NCBI GenBank assembly: GCA_032718475.1
Contig: JAUCBJ010007419.1
Coordinates: forward strand, 42,952 to 106,951
Source: Nemertoderma westbladi
Lineage: Eukaryota; Animalia; Xenacoelomorpha
Reading direction: 5' to 3'
Length of the DNA stretch: 64,000 nt
Shown here: positions 25,860-37,544 of the stretch, piece after piece
Numbering within the stretch: the stretch's first letter is position 1
How the letters are laid out: each line of letters begins with the position of its first letter
The notes under the pieces: generated by a model
What the model saw: only the letters and a program-made list of their open reading frames with translations
Told to the model about the DNA's origin: nothing
Databases searched by the model: none
Made by a program: the position numbers and the translations under genes

Positions 25860-27165
25860 CTTATAATATACATAGAAGATCAAATTTTCTAGAACACTGA
25901 TTGATTCTCAGTCATTCCATGTTATATTGAAAATATTTGACTTCAAAGTTTGCCCTAATATTGCAGTTATCATAATAAAAATTGCACTTATTATGAATTT
26001 GGCTGGAAATGATAAAAAAATTCATGTTTACTAAAACTTTTCTTGTCATTACATAAGTATTAAAGTCTAATGTAAGGAAAAAATATCCAAAATGTAATTC
26101 TGGATAATATAGTTGTGACCAAATTGCGAATGAAATGTTACTTTTCGTTTGTAACACACGTAACATATATAATATAACTAAAAGTTTTAATTTCTAGGCT
26201 TTCACTACATTTGGAAAGCCATGGTTAAGCATACAAAGCAAGAATGTTATGTGCTCTAAAATGCCACAAAGAGTAAAGTATGCGAATAATCCAGTTCAAC
26301 TTACAAGACAATTAAAAAATGTAACACACGTAACATGTTACGTGTGTTACATGTATGAATTTCAAAGTTATATATTTAATTACAAAATAATTCAATGATA
26401 TAATAATATCAATTAGAAATTATATACCATTCATTAAGGGGGATTCACACTGGATAAGAATGAGTCATGCCTAGTCATGAAACTTGAGTACAGACAGCTA
26501 CCCAATGAAAAAAGAGTACAGCGTAATAAAAACGGAAATCTTTCTCTTTTGATTGGTTATACTTAAGTTTCATGACTGGTCACGAGTCATTCTTACCTCC
26601 AGTGCGAATCTCCCTTAATGAATTGTATATAATTTATAATTGATGTTATTATATCTCATTGAATTATTTGTAAATAAATATATGTTACGTGTGTTACATT
26701 TTTTAATGATCTGGTAAGTTGTACTGGATTATTCACATACTTTACTCTTTGTGGCATTTTAGAGCACATAACAGTCTTACTTTGTATGCTTAACCATACC
26801 ATGGCTTACCAAATGTAGTGAAAGCTTAGAAATTGAAACTTTTAGTTATATTATATATGTTACGTGTGTTACAAACGAAAAGTAACATTTCATTCGCAAA
26901 GTTGGTCACAACTATATATATCCAGAATTACATTTTGGATGTTTTTCTTCACATTAGGCATTAATACTTATATAATGAAAAGACCAATTTTAGTAAACAT
27001 CAATCTCTTATCATTTTGAGCCAAATTCAAAAGATGGGCAATTTTCATTGTGATAACTGCAATATTAGGGAAAACTTTGAAGTCAAATATTTTCAATATA
27101 ACATGGAATGACCAAAAAACAATCACTGTTCTAGAAAATTTGATCTTCTATGTTTTATTATATAA
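25860..27165. repeat. Long imperfect inverted repeat (foldback), arms ~650 bp, centre ~26525
   Basis: CATAGAAGATCAAATTTTCTAGAACA (~25871) is the reverse complement of TGTTCTAGAAAATTTGATCTTCTATG (~27127). Matching continues inward to GTCATGAAACTT/AAGTTTCATGAC. Confidence 0.9.
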
Positions 27166-27949
27166 AACATATATTTGTATACAATATGAATGAACATAAT
27201 TTAATTTGCAAATGAAGTAGTGGTCTTAAATGTAACACATGTAACGTAACACACGTAACTACTACTTTAGTCAGAATTGGTTTTATTCCTTGCAACTATG
27301 TTATTTATCATTTTAGATATCTAATTATATCGGATAGTCACTGCTCTGCATTACTAATACTCTTGATTTTCATGAAATTTAACTTACATTATTTGTCCAA
27401 TTTTGGGTGCATTTCATGTGTAACACACATAAAACACTTTTTTTAAATGCTTACTGAGAATCTAATATTTACTTTTGTTCAATAATATTTCACACACACA
27501 ACATGGAATAACCAAACAATTATACAGAAACTATAAGTTATTGTTTGTGAAGTGTTTTCTAATAAAATTTGCATGATGAACTTCAAAAATCGTATCAGGA
27601 TGAAACACAACGTATAACATGGAATGGACCATGTAAGGAATAATATATACAGTATATTAATTAAATTATTTTCGATTACAGGTAAGGCATGCATTAGTAG
27701 AAACCATAATTTTAGAATTGCAAATAATTAAAATAGATTGAGAACATTTCGCAGATATCATCTACATCTTTGAAAGTTAACAACGTTATGGCATTACAGT
27801 ACGGCTCTCATTGTTATGTGAAGTGAACTGACTAAGTTGTGTACACGGACCATGTAGTTGTGAGAATGGGACCATGTAGTTGTGAGAATGGGCGGAATAG
27901 ATAAGTTAAACTGACCTGAGTTCCGAGAAGCAGACTAAATTGTTATAAC

Positions 27950-28161
27950 CGGTTGTGTGAACGGAGTACAACCGGAGTGAACGGCTGTGTGAGCGGACTG
28001 GAAAGTTGGGTGAGAGGATATAAAGTTTGGTGAGCGTACTAGAAAGTTGTGTGAGTGGACTATAAAGTTGGGTAAGAGGACCATAATAACGTGGTGAGAA
28101 AACTAAAAAGTTGTTTAAACGGCAATAAAATTGGGTGAGAGGAATATAAAGTTATGTAAGA
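27950..28161. repeat. Degenerate left part of the 20-21 bp array
   Basis: TATAAAGTTGKGTGAGMGGAC-like units, continued after 31383. Confidence 0.8.
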
Positions 28162-28769
28162 TAGTGTTGCAACGGGATCCCGGCCCCGAAAATCGGGATC
28201 CCGATGGAAAATCCTGATCCCATTCCGATCCCGATGGAAAAATATCGGGATTTTTCGGGATTTGCTATATCTGAATTTATATGCCCTGCAGCATAAAATT
28301 TGTAAAATTGTACAAAAATATACAATTTTTGCCACTAACATAAACAAATTTTTTGTCAAAAACAAAAATTTTAGAGGATTTTCATTGGATGATTGATAGG
28401 GATGTGAGTCAAGAAATGTTAGGAAATTTCCGAAAATTTCCTATTTTATTAATTTATTATAAAAAGTTTACTTTTAATAGTAAATATTTACAGAAATAAC
28501 CTCATATTAATAATTGGATAACTCAGTTTTATAAACATTCTGAATCTTAAAACACATAGGAAAACACAAGTAGAGTAAACAATGGAAACAAGGGATTCCT
28601 ACTTAGTTGTGTCGAGGTGGTTCGTTGTCTTGGCTCTTGTGGTCGCAACTACGCTGCCGTCTTAATGCAGAATGCCCTATCTCAAAATTTTATGAAAATT
28701 TTTTTATTGTACACACCGGCCTAATTAAGGCGCTCTTTCAAATGAAACCAAGTTAAATAAATACAAATA

Positions 28770-29360
28770 GATAAGGGTCTTCCCCAACGGTAAAAAATAA
28801 TTTAATTAATTTAAGTGAGTACTTTCTGGCCTAGGCCTTTCTTCAGACTCTATATAAACTGAAACACTGAACCGAACTGTAAAACTACACTGCAGAACAG
28901 TAAATAACAAAGTTACCGGTACCTCTAAAGTATGTATTAGGATAAGGCACATAGTGGGGCGAGCACAAATAGGTGGTACTATATAATTGCATATATTATT
29001 AGACGGGTATAGCGAAAAATCATAAAAAAATGAAGATATAAAAATTTATATCTATTTACACTATTATAAATCGGTGGTTTAACAATTTCTAACTATTTAC
29101 ACTAAGGAATTACAAATCGATGGGTTAATAGTACATATTAAAATTGTGTTTTATTTACATATAATATTTACAACTATATTACACAAAGATCCAATAGACA
29201 ACACTACTGTACTTATAACGCTGGTAATATTTTATCTAATGGGGGCCTATAACTATTAATCAGGTAACTTTCAACACATAAGCGTTGGAGGTCGTCTCTA
29301 CAGTCCTTAAATGCTACAACTTTAAGGTTGTCTAATGTACACCGGTAAAAGTGTTCCAGT
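28770..29360 (-). mobile_element. Penelope-like element 3' fragment (GIY-YIG endonuclease C-terminus plus pLTR region)
   Basis: Minus strand LEHFYRCTLDNLKVVAFKDCRDDLQRLCVESYLINSYRPPLDKILPAL* resembles the PLE endonuclease end (HF..., R-x3-E-x2-LI-x4-P-x-LN). A hammerhead-like motif lies downstream on the same strand. Confidence 0.65.
28813..28850 (-). ncRNA. Minimal hammerhead-ribozyme-like motif (variant core)
   Basis: GAGT-CUGAAGA-AA-GGCC-UA-GGCC-A-GAAA-GUAC-UC-ACUU: both core boxes are present, with stem II, a palindromic stem III and a 4-bp stem I. The extra A residues flanking stem II are non-canonical. Confidence 0.5.
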
Positions 29361-30725
29361 AAAAGTGTTCCAGTAAAAGTGTTCCAGTAAAAGTGTTCCA
29401 GTAAAAGTGTTCCAGTAAAAGTGTTCCAGTAAAAGTGTTCCAGTAAAAGTGTTCCAGTAAAAGTGTTCCAGTAAAAGTGTTCCAGTAAAAGTGTTCCAGT
29501 AAAAGTGTTCCAGTAAAAGTGTTCCAGTAAAAGTGTTCCAGAAAAAGTGTTCCAGTAAAAGTGTTCCAGTAAAAGTGTTCCAGTAAAAGTGTTCCAGTAA
29601 AAGTGTTCCAGTAAAAGTGTTCCAGTAAAAGTGTTCCAGTAAAAGTGTTCCAGTAAAAGTGTTCCAGTAAAAGTGTTCCAGTAAAAGTGTTCCAGTAAAA
29701 GTGTTCCAGTAAAAGTGTTCCAGTAAAAGTGTTCCAGTAAAAGTGTTCCAGTAAAAGTGTTCCAGTAAAAGTGTTCCAGTAAAAGTGTTCCAGTAAAAGT
29801 GTTCCAGTAAAAGTGTTCCAGTAAAAGTGTTCCAGTAAAAGTGTTCCAGTAAAAGTGTTCCAGTAAAAGTGTTCCAGTAAAAGTGTTCCAGTAAAAGTGT
29901 TCCAGTAAAAGTGTTCCAGTAAAAGTGTTCCAGTAAAAGTGTTCCAGTAAAAGTGTTCCAGTAAAAGTGTTCCAGTAAAAGTGTTCCAGTAAAAGTGTTC
30001 CAGTAAAAGTGTTCCAGTAAAAGTGTTCCAGTAAAAGTGTTCCAGTAAAAGTGTTCCAGTAAAAGTGTTCCAGTAAAAGTGTTCCAGTAAAAGTGTTCCA
30101 GTAAAAGTGTTCCAGTAAAAGTGTTCCAGTAAAAGTGTTCCAGTAAAAGTGTTCCAGTAAAAGTGTTCCAGTAAAAGTGTTCCAGTAAAAGTGTTCCAGT
30201 AAAAGTGTTCCAGTAAAAGTGTTCCAGTAAAAGTGTTCCAGTAAAAGTGTTCCAGTAAAAGTGTTCCAGTAAAAGTGTTCCAGTAAAAGTGTTCCAGTAA
30301 AAGTGTTCCAGTAAAAGTGTTCCAGTAAAAGTGTTCCAGTAAAAGTGTTCCAGTAAAAGTGTTCCAGTAAAAGTGTTCCAGTAAAAGTGTTCCAGTAAAA
30401 GTGTTCCAGTAAAAGTGTTCCAGTAAAAGTGTTCCAGTAAAAGTGTTCCAGTAAAAGTGTTCCAGTAAAAGTGTTCCAGTAAAAGTGTTCCAGTAAAAGT
30501 GTTCCAGTAAAAGTGTTCCAGTAAAAGTGTTCCAGTAAAAGTGTTCCAGTAAAAGTGTTCCAGTAAAAGTGTTCCAGTAAAAGTGTTCCAGTAAAAGTGT
30601 TCCAGTAAAAGTGTTCCAGTAAAAGTGTTCCAGTAAAAGTGTTCCAGTAAAAGTGTTCCAGTAAAAGTGTTCCAGTAAAAGTGTTCCAGTAAAAGTGTTC
30701 CAGTAAAAGTGTTCCAGTAAAAGTT
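29345..30725. repeat. Near-perfect 14-bp array (GTAAAAGTGTTCCA), ~98 copies
   Basis: Directly visible. Only one variant seen (GAAAAAGTG at ~29541). Confidence 0.98.
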
Positions 30726-31382
30726 GTTCTGGTTCCGGACAAGTGGAATATTCCACTTGTATAACAAACATGTATAACATGTATAACAAACTTGTAGAAG
30801 AAAACGCGCTTCGTTAAACTCAAAACACGATTTTTGGAGATAGGGTACTTTGCCTTAAGACGGCAGTACGGGAGAAGTATACTTTTCCGGAAATTTCCTT
30901 GAAAAACGTATTTCCGGAAAACTCACATCCCTAAGGATTGATGAAGGATAGATTGATTTACATAATTTATATCTGATTTCTGAATAGAAAATTTATGTCT
31001 GAAATTCATTCATTAAATAGATACATGAAATGCCTATACTATTATAAATAATAGAAAACGTGTTGCTTTTTATTGAATATGATAATATTTATATTTATAT
31101 GCGTATGAAATGAAATACGTACGTGGGATTACTATGTCTTTGAACCATTTGAAAAAAAAGGCAGTAGACATTTTTACATATCCAGGCATTTTATAGTACA
31201 TGAGCTTTCTCGAAAGACTTTTAACTCCTATAGATGGAGACCAGGGCAGGGCATTTTAAGTTTGTGTTGAGTTGGTCCGCAATAAAATTAAAAATACCTA
31301 TCCCGAAAATCGGGATCCCGACAGTTGCAATCCCGATCTCGAATCCCAAAAAATTGTGGATCCCGATCCCGTTGTAACACTA

Positions 31383-33098
31383 ATGTAAGAGGAATATAAA
31401 GTTGGGTGAGAGGACCATAAACTTGTGTGAGAAAACTATAAAGTTGTGTGAACGGTTATAAAGTTTTGTAAGAGGACTAGAAAGTTGTATGAGAGGACTA
31501 TATAAAGTTGGGTGAGAGGACCATAAACTTGTGTGAGAAAACTATAAAGTTGTGTGAGCGGACTATAAAGTTGTGTGAACGGCTATAAAGTTGTGTGAGC
31601 GGACTATAAAGTTGTGTGAGCGGACTACAAAGTTGTGTCAGCGGCTATAAAGTTTGGTGAGCGGACTATAAAGTTGTGTGAGCGGACTATAAAGTTGTGT
31701 GAGCGGCTACAAAGTTGTGTGAGCGGACTATAAAGTTGTGTGAGCGGACTATAAAGTTGTGTGAGCGGACTATAAAGTTGTGTGAGCGGACTATAAAGTT
31801 GTGTCAGAGGCTATAAAGTTTGGTGAGCGGACTATAAAGTTGTGTGAACGGACTATAAAGTTGTGTGAGCGGACTATAAAGTTGTGTGAGCGGACTATAA
31901 AGTTGTGTGAGCGGACTATAAAGTTGTGTGAGCGGACTATAAAGTTGTGTGAGCGGACTATAAAGTTGTGTGAACGGCTATAAAGTTTGGTGAGCGGACT
32001 ATAAAGTTGTGTGAGCGGACTATAAAGTTGTGTGAGCGGCTATAAAGTTGTGTGAGCGGCTATAAAGTTGTGTGAGCAGACTATAAAGTTGTGTGAGCGG
32101 ACTATAAAGTTGTGTCAACGGCTATAAAGTTTGGTGAACGGACTATAAAGTTGTGTGAGCGGACTATAAAGTTGTGTGAGCGGCTACAAAGTTGTGTGAG
32201 CGGACTATAAAGTTGTGTGAGCGGACTATAAAGTTGTGTGAGCGGACTATAAAGTTGTGTGAGCGGACTATAAAGTTGTGTGAACGGCTATAAAGATTGG
32301 TGAGCGGACTATAAAGTTGTGTGAGCAGACTATAAAGTTGTGTGAGCGGACTATAAAGTTGTGTGAGCGGACTATAAAGTTGTGTGAGCGGACTATAAAG
32401 TTGTGTGAGCGGCTATAAAGTTTGGTGAGCGGACTATAAAGTTGTGTGAACGGCTATAAAGTTGTGTGAGCGGACTATAAAGTTGTGTGAGCGGACTATA
32501 AAGTTGTGTGAGCGGACTATAAAGTTGTGTGAGCGGACTATAAAGTTGTGTGAGCGGCTATAAAGTTTGGTGAGCGGACTATAAAGTTGTGTGAACGGCT
32601 ATAAAGTTTGGTGAGCGGACTATAAAGTTGTGTGAGCGGACTATAATGTTGTGTGAACGGCTATAAAGTTTGGTGAGCGGACTATAAAGTTGTGTGAACG
32701 GCTATAAAGTTTGGTGAGCGGACTATAAAGTTGTGTGAGTGGACTATAAAGTTGTGTGAGCGGACTATAAAGTTTGGTGAGCGGACTATAAAGTTGTGTG
32801 AGCGGACTATGAAGTTGTGAGACCGGACTATAAAGTTGTGTGAGCGGCTATAAAGTTTGGTGAGCGGACTATAAAGTTGTGTGAGCGGACTATAAAGTTG
32901 TGTGAGCGGCTATAAAGTTTGGTGAGCGGACTATAAAGTTGTGTGAACGGCTATAAAGTTTGGTGAGCGGACTATAAAGTTGTGTGAACGGCTATAAAGT
33001 TGTGTGAGCGGACTATAAAGTTGTGTGAGCGGACTATAAAGTTGTGTGAGCGGCTATAAAGTTTGGTGAGCGGACTATAAAGTTGTGTAAACGACTAT
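31383..33098. repeat. 20-21 bp minisatellite (AAAGTTGTGTGAGCGGACTAT)
   Basis: Directly visible tandem copies. Confidence 0.96.
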
Positions 33099-33563
33099 GA
33101 ACGTATTCTTTTGAAATAATATGAAACAGTTCAATTTATAAAATATCAATTAATAGGTAATAATTTTTTGAATATTGCACGCCTAACTAGAAGTATAAAT
33201 AACATGTTTACACGCCTGTAATAATTATACAGCTCAGGTTGTCCTGTCAAAATTTGGTACAATTATATATATAAACAAACATTAAGCCCCCCCCCCCCCC
33301 CCCACACCCTGATATATTATTGCTTGTGACAATATGATTATTTTGTTTCCAGTAAACATCTCAACTTATTTCATTATTTCTTCGTTCAGCATAATTTCAC
33401 ATTATTATAAGAAATCATATCAAATTTTACGGGACACCGTGTATATTTATATGGATTCATTAATAATATAAAAGTTTGAGTTGGTTTTTAGATATATATT
33501 TATAAACATTGCGTCACCGCTGAGCTGAGTGAAACTGCAAGTATTCAAACAAACCGCAGTAAA

Positions 33564-34427
33564 TCAGTTTGGTTTCATTGTCAACATGTTATATTCCTTA
33601 AAATACTTATGAATAGTATCGGCGATAGAGTCGGGGGTGTCAGTCTTGGTAAAGTAGCACCTAAACTTCCCGTCTGGCCCCATTAGGTAGGTTACTATAC
33701 TGTGGTCCAATATATAGTCGCCTCTATTATCCTTCTCTCCAGCACTGTAATAAATCCTATAGGTCTTAGTGACTTTATTGATTTCCTCTTTATTTCCCGT
33801 CAACCCGATGAATCTCGGGTGGAACTCGTGTACGTATTTACCAATCTCTTCCGCGCTATCTCTGGCAGGGTCGACGGTTACAAACAGAGGAACGAGTTTG
33901 GAGTATAGTTCCGCGCCGAAAACGTTCCCAACTACGTTGAGGGTGGCGGCTATCTTCTCGAGTTCCTCAGGACAAACATCTGGGCAGTTAGTGAACCCGA
34001 AGTAGACGAGGAGCCACTTGCCGAGGAAGTCCTTGTCTGTTACCCGCTCCCCAGTGTGAGTGGTCAGTTCGAATGCACCACCGATGTCGGCCCGTCCGTA
34101 GCTCTTAGACAACCGCATATCTTTCTTCTTCCGGTCGCCCCAGCGGTTGAGAAAGTAAAGGAAGACGAGACCAGCTAGGAGAGATACGACCGTGGAGGTC
34201 CACGACATGGGCACCTTGGCCGCTAGGCGGCGCTCCGTTGCCATTCGCTCAGCGTCCGTCTCAATTCTCGGGGGTTTTATTTGTTGGCGTTGAATCGCGT
34301 TGGTGTGAATAAGTCGAGTCATAACGGGGAGTTTAGATACCTCATTGCCAAGGCGAAACGTGAACGTGAAGACCGACGAAGGGCGGCCTGGACGACGATA
34401 TGGAATCATAATGAATGGAATCCGCAT
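33564..34427 (-). CDS. SCO1: SCO1/SCO2 mitochondrial copper chaperone for cytochrome c oxidase, intronless, 287 aa
   Basis: Basic N-terminal targeting peptide, single TM segment, IGGAFEL, DFLGKWLLVYFGFTNCPDVCPEEL (CxxxC), VDPARD, IGLTG and DYILDHS with the conserved His. Confidence 0.96.
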   Translation of the reverse strand: MRIPFIMIPYRRPGRPSSVFTFTFRLGNEVSKLPVMTRLIHTNAIQRQQIKPPRIETDAERMATERRLAAKVPMSWTSTVVSLLAGLVFLYFLNRWGDRKKKDMRLSKSYGRADIGGAFELTTHTGERVTDKDFLGKWLLVYFGFTNCPDVCPEELEKIAATLNVVGNVFGAELYSKLVPLFVTVDPARDSAEEIGKYVHEFHPRFIGLTGNKEEINKVTKTYRIYYSAGEKDNRGDYILDHSIVTYLMGPDGKFRCYFTKTDTPDSIADTIHKYFKEYNMLTMKPN

Positions 34428-34910
34428 GTTTATACAGTTGGGAATTGTAAATTCAATTAAGTAGGTCAGTAGGTAGGCTTATCAGCTTTTACTGTTCAGC
34501 TGTTATAGGCCTAATTGACAGATTGAAGAATAACTAATTTCCTACATCCAGACATCAGTACATAAAGAATTCAGGAATTGGTTTTACAGTTTATATTTTA
34601 TTTTAATACAGTAATATCAATATCAGAATACGGTACTGGAATATATTGCATGTATTGGTACAGTGCTGCAGTGGTAGACTGGTGGCTGGTGCAGTAGTGG
34701 TGGGCAGTGGGTAATGGTTGCGTGAATTGCCTTAACGTTTAACCCTAATTATAATTACCGGTATTATTTTAACCTCGTTCTATCGTTACCAGCCACCAGC
34801 CAGCCCTGCAGCCAGAACACCAACACTACTGCTGTACTGGAAGTGGTACCGTAGGCCTACTGACTGACTGATGTATTGTACGGATACCTAGAATAAATTT
34901 AAATACTCAG

Positions 34911-35017
34911 ATAATTTCAAGCCTACCTTGGTTATTATGATGAGTGTATCGAGCTGTTGCCTTCTTCCTCCTCCTTTCAGCTGTTACCGGAACATCCATT
35001 ATTTGTTAAAAGAACCG
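34911..35017 (+). other. Candidate exon of a gene divergent from SCO1
   Basis: Bounded by ACTCAG| and CG|GTAAGA and open in two frames. No homology recognised. Confidence 0.2.
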
Positions 35018-35949
35018 GTAAGAAGGTGATAAATTACTTTACACTGTTACAGTTTACACTAAACTAACAGCCCTACTGCCAGACTGATGTACTCGTACTC
35101 GTACTGTCGTAGGCTACCTACTGACCTAACAGGAAACAGCCTACACTGTTACTGTTACGAAGATTTATAATATGTTAAGGATAGAGGGTCTTCCCCAGCA
35201 ATAAAAACGTTTTGTATTATTATTATTCGCGAGGCCTTTTTTGGATTTGATCAATTTGGAGTCCCTAATTTGGATTACTTTCTACACTGTTACGGGCTGA
35301 CCGGTATTACTTGGTAGGCCCTACAATGGTAAATGGTACACAAGCAACATGGTACTGGGTCGCGTCTGTATGTAAGCACTAGACGGGCCACTACAAAGGT
35401 CAGCGACCTCGACTCGACTACACTAGCACTAGCAGACTAGTATAATGTTAGGCAGCAATTATGCAATACTGGTAATTAAGTACTTTAATAATTACGGAAT
35501 CAGTTGTGTTGTTGGCCTCACCTACCGGTACTGCAACACTACAAACAAAAAGAAAGTATAGTGAAACAATTTGGGTGTGCGTGCTGCGCTCACCCAAATA
35601 CTGCTCTCACTCAGCTGTAAAACAACAAACTGCAGCTCTGGGCTTATCTGCAGTTCTCCCATTTCCCCTAGATGGCGATATGTCTGAAAGTGAAAAACCT
35701 TCTCCCATTTCGTTATTATTTATAATCCTTTCGACCTGATTGATAAGTGGCACATATTTTCTAGATCTCAGACTGTTTTAGAAATAACCTTCAGTATAAT
35801 CTTTAAGACTCTGAGGTTACTTGTAAGGGAGAAGATGTTAAAAGTAAAACAATACCTGATATACAGTAGCTGAAAGTAAAACTGAACCGGGTGCGGATGT
35901 AGCTGTTCAGATAGCCTACAAAGTAAAAACCGAACAACCAACAACAGAA

Positions 35950-36375
35950 AACATCAACAAGGTTGAGAAAGATCTTAAATTGGCCTACAACATCAGCCAT
36001 CAGACGTACATCAGGACAATCTTGAAAAAATTGCACAACACACACAACAACTGCTGACATACAGCAACAATCAAGACTTACCTGACAAACTATAAATGAG
36101 ATATCTGGTCGGAAAGGTTGTTCTAAGGGGCGCATAAAACTGATAGTCCTGAAGAGCGTGTGGGGAAATGGAAAGATCACTTCAGCAACTTGCTTGGGCA
36201 GCCACCAAACATCGAGGTCAGCCCTACAAGGAAAATATATGACAAGACACTACCTATAGAAACAGGGGACTTCACACCTGGGGAACTACAGTACAATGAA
36301 GCATTAAAAGCATGTCCAATCATAAAGCGAGTGGATTAGATGAAATCCCAGCGGAGGTATGGAAAACCGGAGTGG
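35950..36375 (+). mobile_element. Decayed RTE-type LINE ORF2 fragment (linker to RT domain 0)
   Basis: QTINEISGRK...EERVGKWKDHFSNLLGQPP...IETGDFT...KASGLDEIPAEVWKTG, with stops and frameshifts. Confidence 0.8.
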
Positions 36376-36579
36376 CTGAACAAACCATAATTTACTTTCT
36401 GGCAACCAACACAGCAATAATACATACATCTACAAAGATGCAATAATGTACGCAATGGAAAAATGGCGGTCAGAACTACAGTAGACACTGGTAATTATGT
36501 CGCCCTATTTACTGATTATAATTGTGCACTAAGGCTCGCCTTGACTGCGTGTCTCGCCCCACAAAGGGTAATACAGTAG

Positions 36580-36690
36580 TAAATGAAAACTGTCGGATTG
36601 GTTACAAACTGCTAAGGGTATTCCAAGGCGACTCTGCTTGGCCCATTACTCTTCCTTGTTTATATAAACGATATTATCGCCTGTAGTACT
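36580..36690 (+). mobile_element. CR1/L2-type LINE RT fragment
   Basis: KLSDWLQTAKGIP..LGPLLFLVYINDI is the GxPQGS-LGPLLF-YIND motif (frameshifted). Confidence 0.8.
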
Positions 36691-37275
36691 AGGTCGAGCG
36701 AACTCGGACAGTGGAAATGAGATCCTTCCAGGCTTCCCGATTCTCCAACTACTACTAGGTCGAGCGAACTCGGACAGTGGAAATGAGATCCTTCCAGGCT
36801 TCCCGATTCTCCAACTACTACTAGGTCGAGCGAACTCGGACAGTGGAAATGAGATCCTTCCAGGCTTCCCGATTCTCCAACTACTACTAGGTCGAGCGAA
36901 CTCGGACAGTGGAAATGAGATCCTTCCAGGCTTCCCGATTCTCCAACTACTACTAGGTCGAGCGAACTCGGACAGTGGAAATGAGATCCTTCCAGGCTTC
37001 CCGATTCTCCAACTACTACTAGGTCGAGCGAACTCGGACAGTGGAAATGAGATCCTTCCAGGCTTCCCGATTCTCCAACTACTACTAGGTCGAGCGAACT
37101 CGGACAGTGGAAATGAGATCCTTCCAGGCTTCCCGATTCTCCAACTACTACTAGGTCGAGCGAACTCGGACAGTGGAAATGAGATCCTTCCAGGCTTCCC
37201 GATTCTCCAACTACTACTAGGTCGAGCGAACTCGGACAGTGGAAATGATATCCTTCCAGGCTTCCCGATTCTCCA
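36684..37275. repeat. 66-bp tandem array, ~9 near-identical copies
   Basis: Monomer TACTAGGTCGAGCGAACTCGGACAGTGGAAATGAGATCCTTCCAGGCTTCCCGATTCTCCAACTAC. Gives the 22-aa period of ORF 36646-37395. Confidence 0.95.
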
Positions 37276-37544
37276 TAGTTGTCGCAATTTCGTTTCTCTC
37301 AAGTTCAGTATCCCCTTCATATATAGCGGCAAACCACTCGAAACGCTAACGTGCTCTTTTTCGTCCAAAGTGCTATGTAACTGTTCTAGACGCATGCAAA
37401 TAAACTATATACCTAACTAACAAATTCTCTGGAAGGTCGCTAGAGTACATGAGTGGTAACACATAATATCTACTAGGCTTACATTAATAATTATGGAATT
37501 AATAAATGAAAACTGCGGTAGTAGCTCTAATTTATATAATACTT

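Larger units (their letters stand above)
28654..30866. mobile_element. Tc1/mariner-like MITE nested in the second hAT
   Basis: Imperfect ~33-bp TIR: left CTGCCGTCTTAATGCAGAATGCCCTATCTC, right (reverse complement) CTGCCGTCTTAAGGCAAAGTACCCTATCTC. TA follows the right end, while the left TA is offset by 2 nt. Confidence 0.7.
28397..30933. mobile_element. Second non-autonomous hAT element nested in the first
   Basis: 13-bp TIR TAGGGATGTGAGT/ACTCACATCCCTA. 8-bp TSD ATGATTGA/AGGATTGA (7/8). Subterminal GGAAATTTCC motifs. Confidence 0.85.
28162..31382. mobile_element. Non-autonomous hAT element (outer shell of nest)
   Basis: TIR TAGTGTTRCAACGGGATC at both ends. Perfect 8-bp TSD ATGTAAGA (28154-28161, 31383-31390). 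Subterminal CGGGAT/ATCCCG repeats. Confidence 0.9.

Noticed and set aside
29213-30823. Three ~500-aa ORFs (LLLEHFYWNTFTGT)n
   Set aside because: A 14-bp repeat lacking stops on one strand. Only the non-repetitive tail is meaningful.
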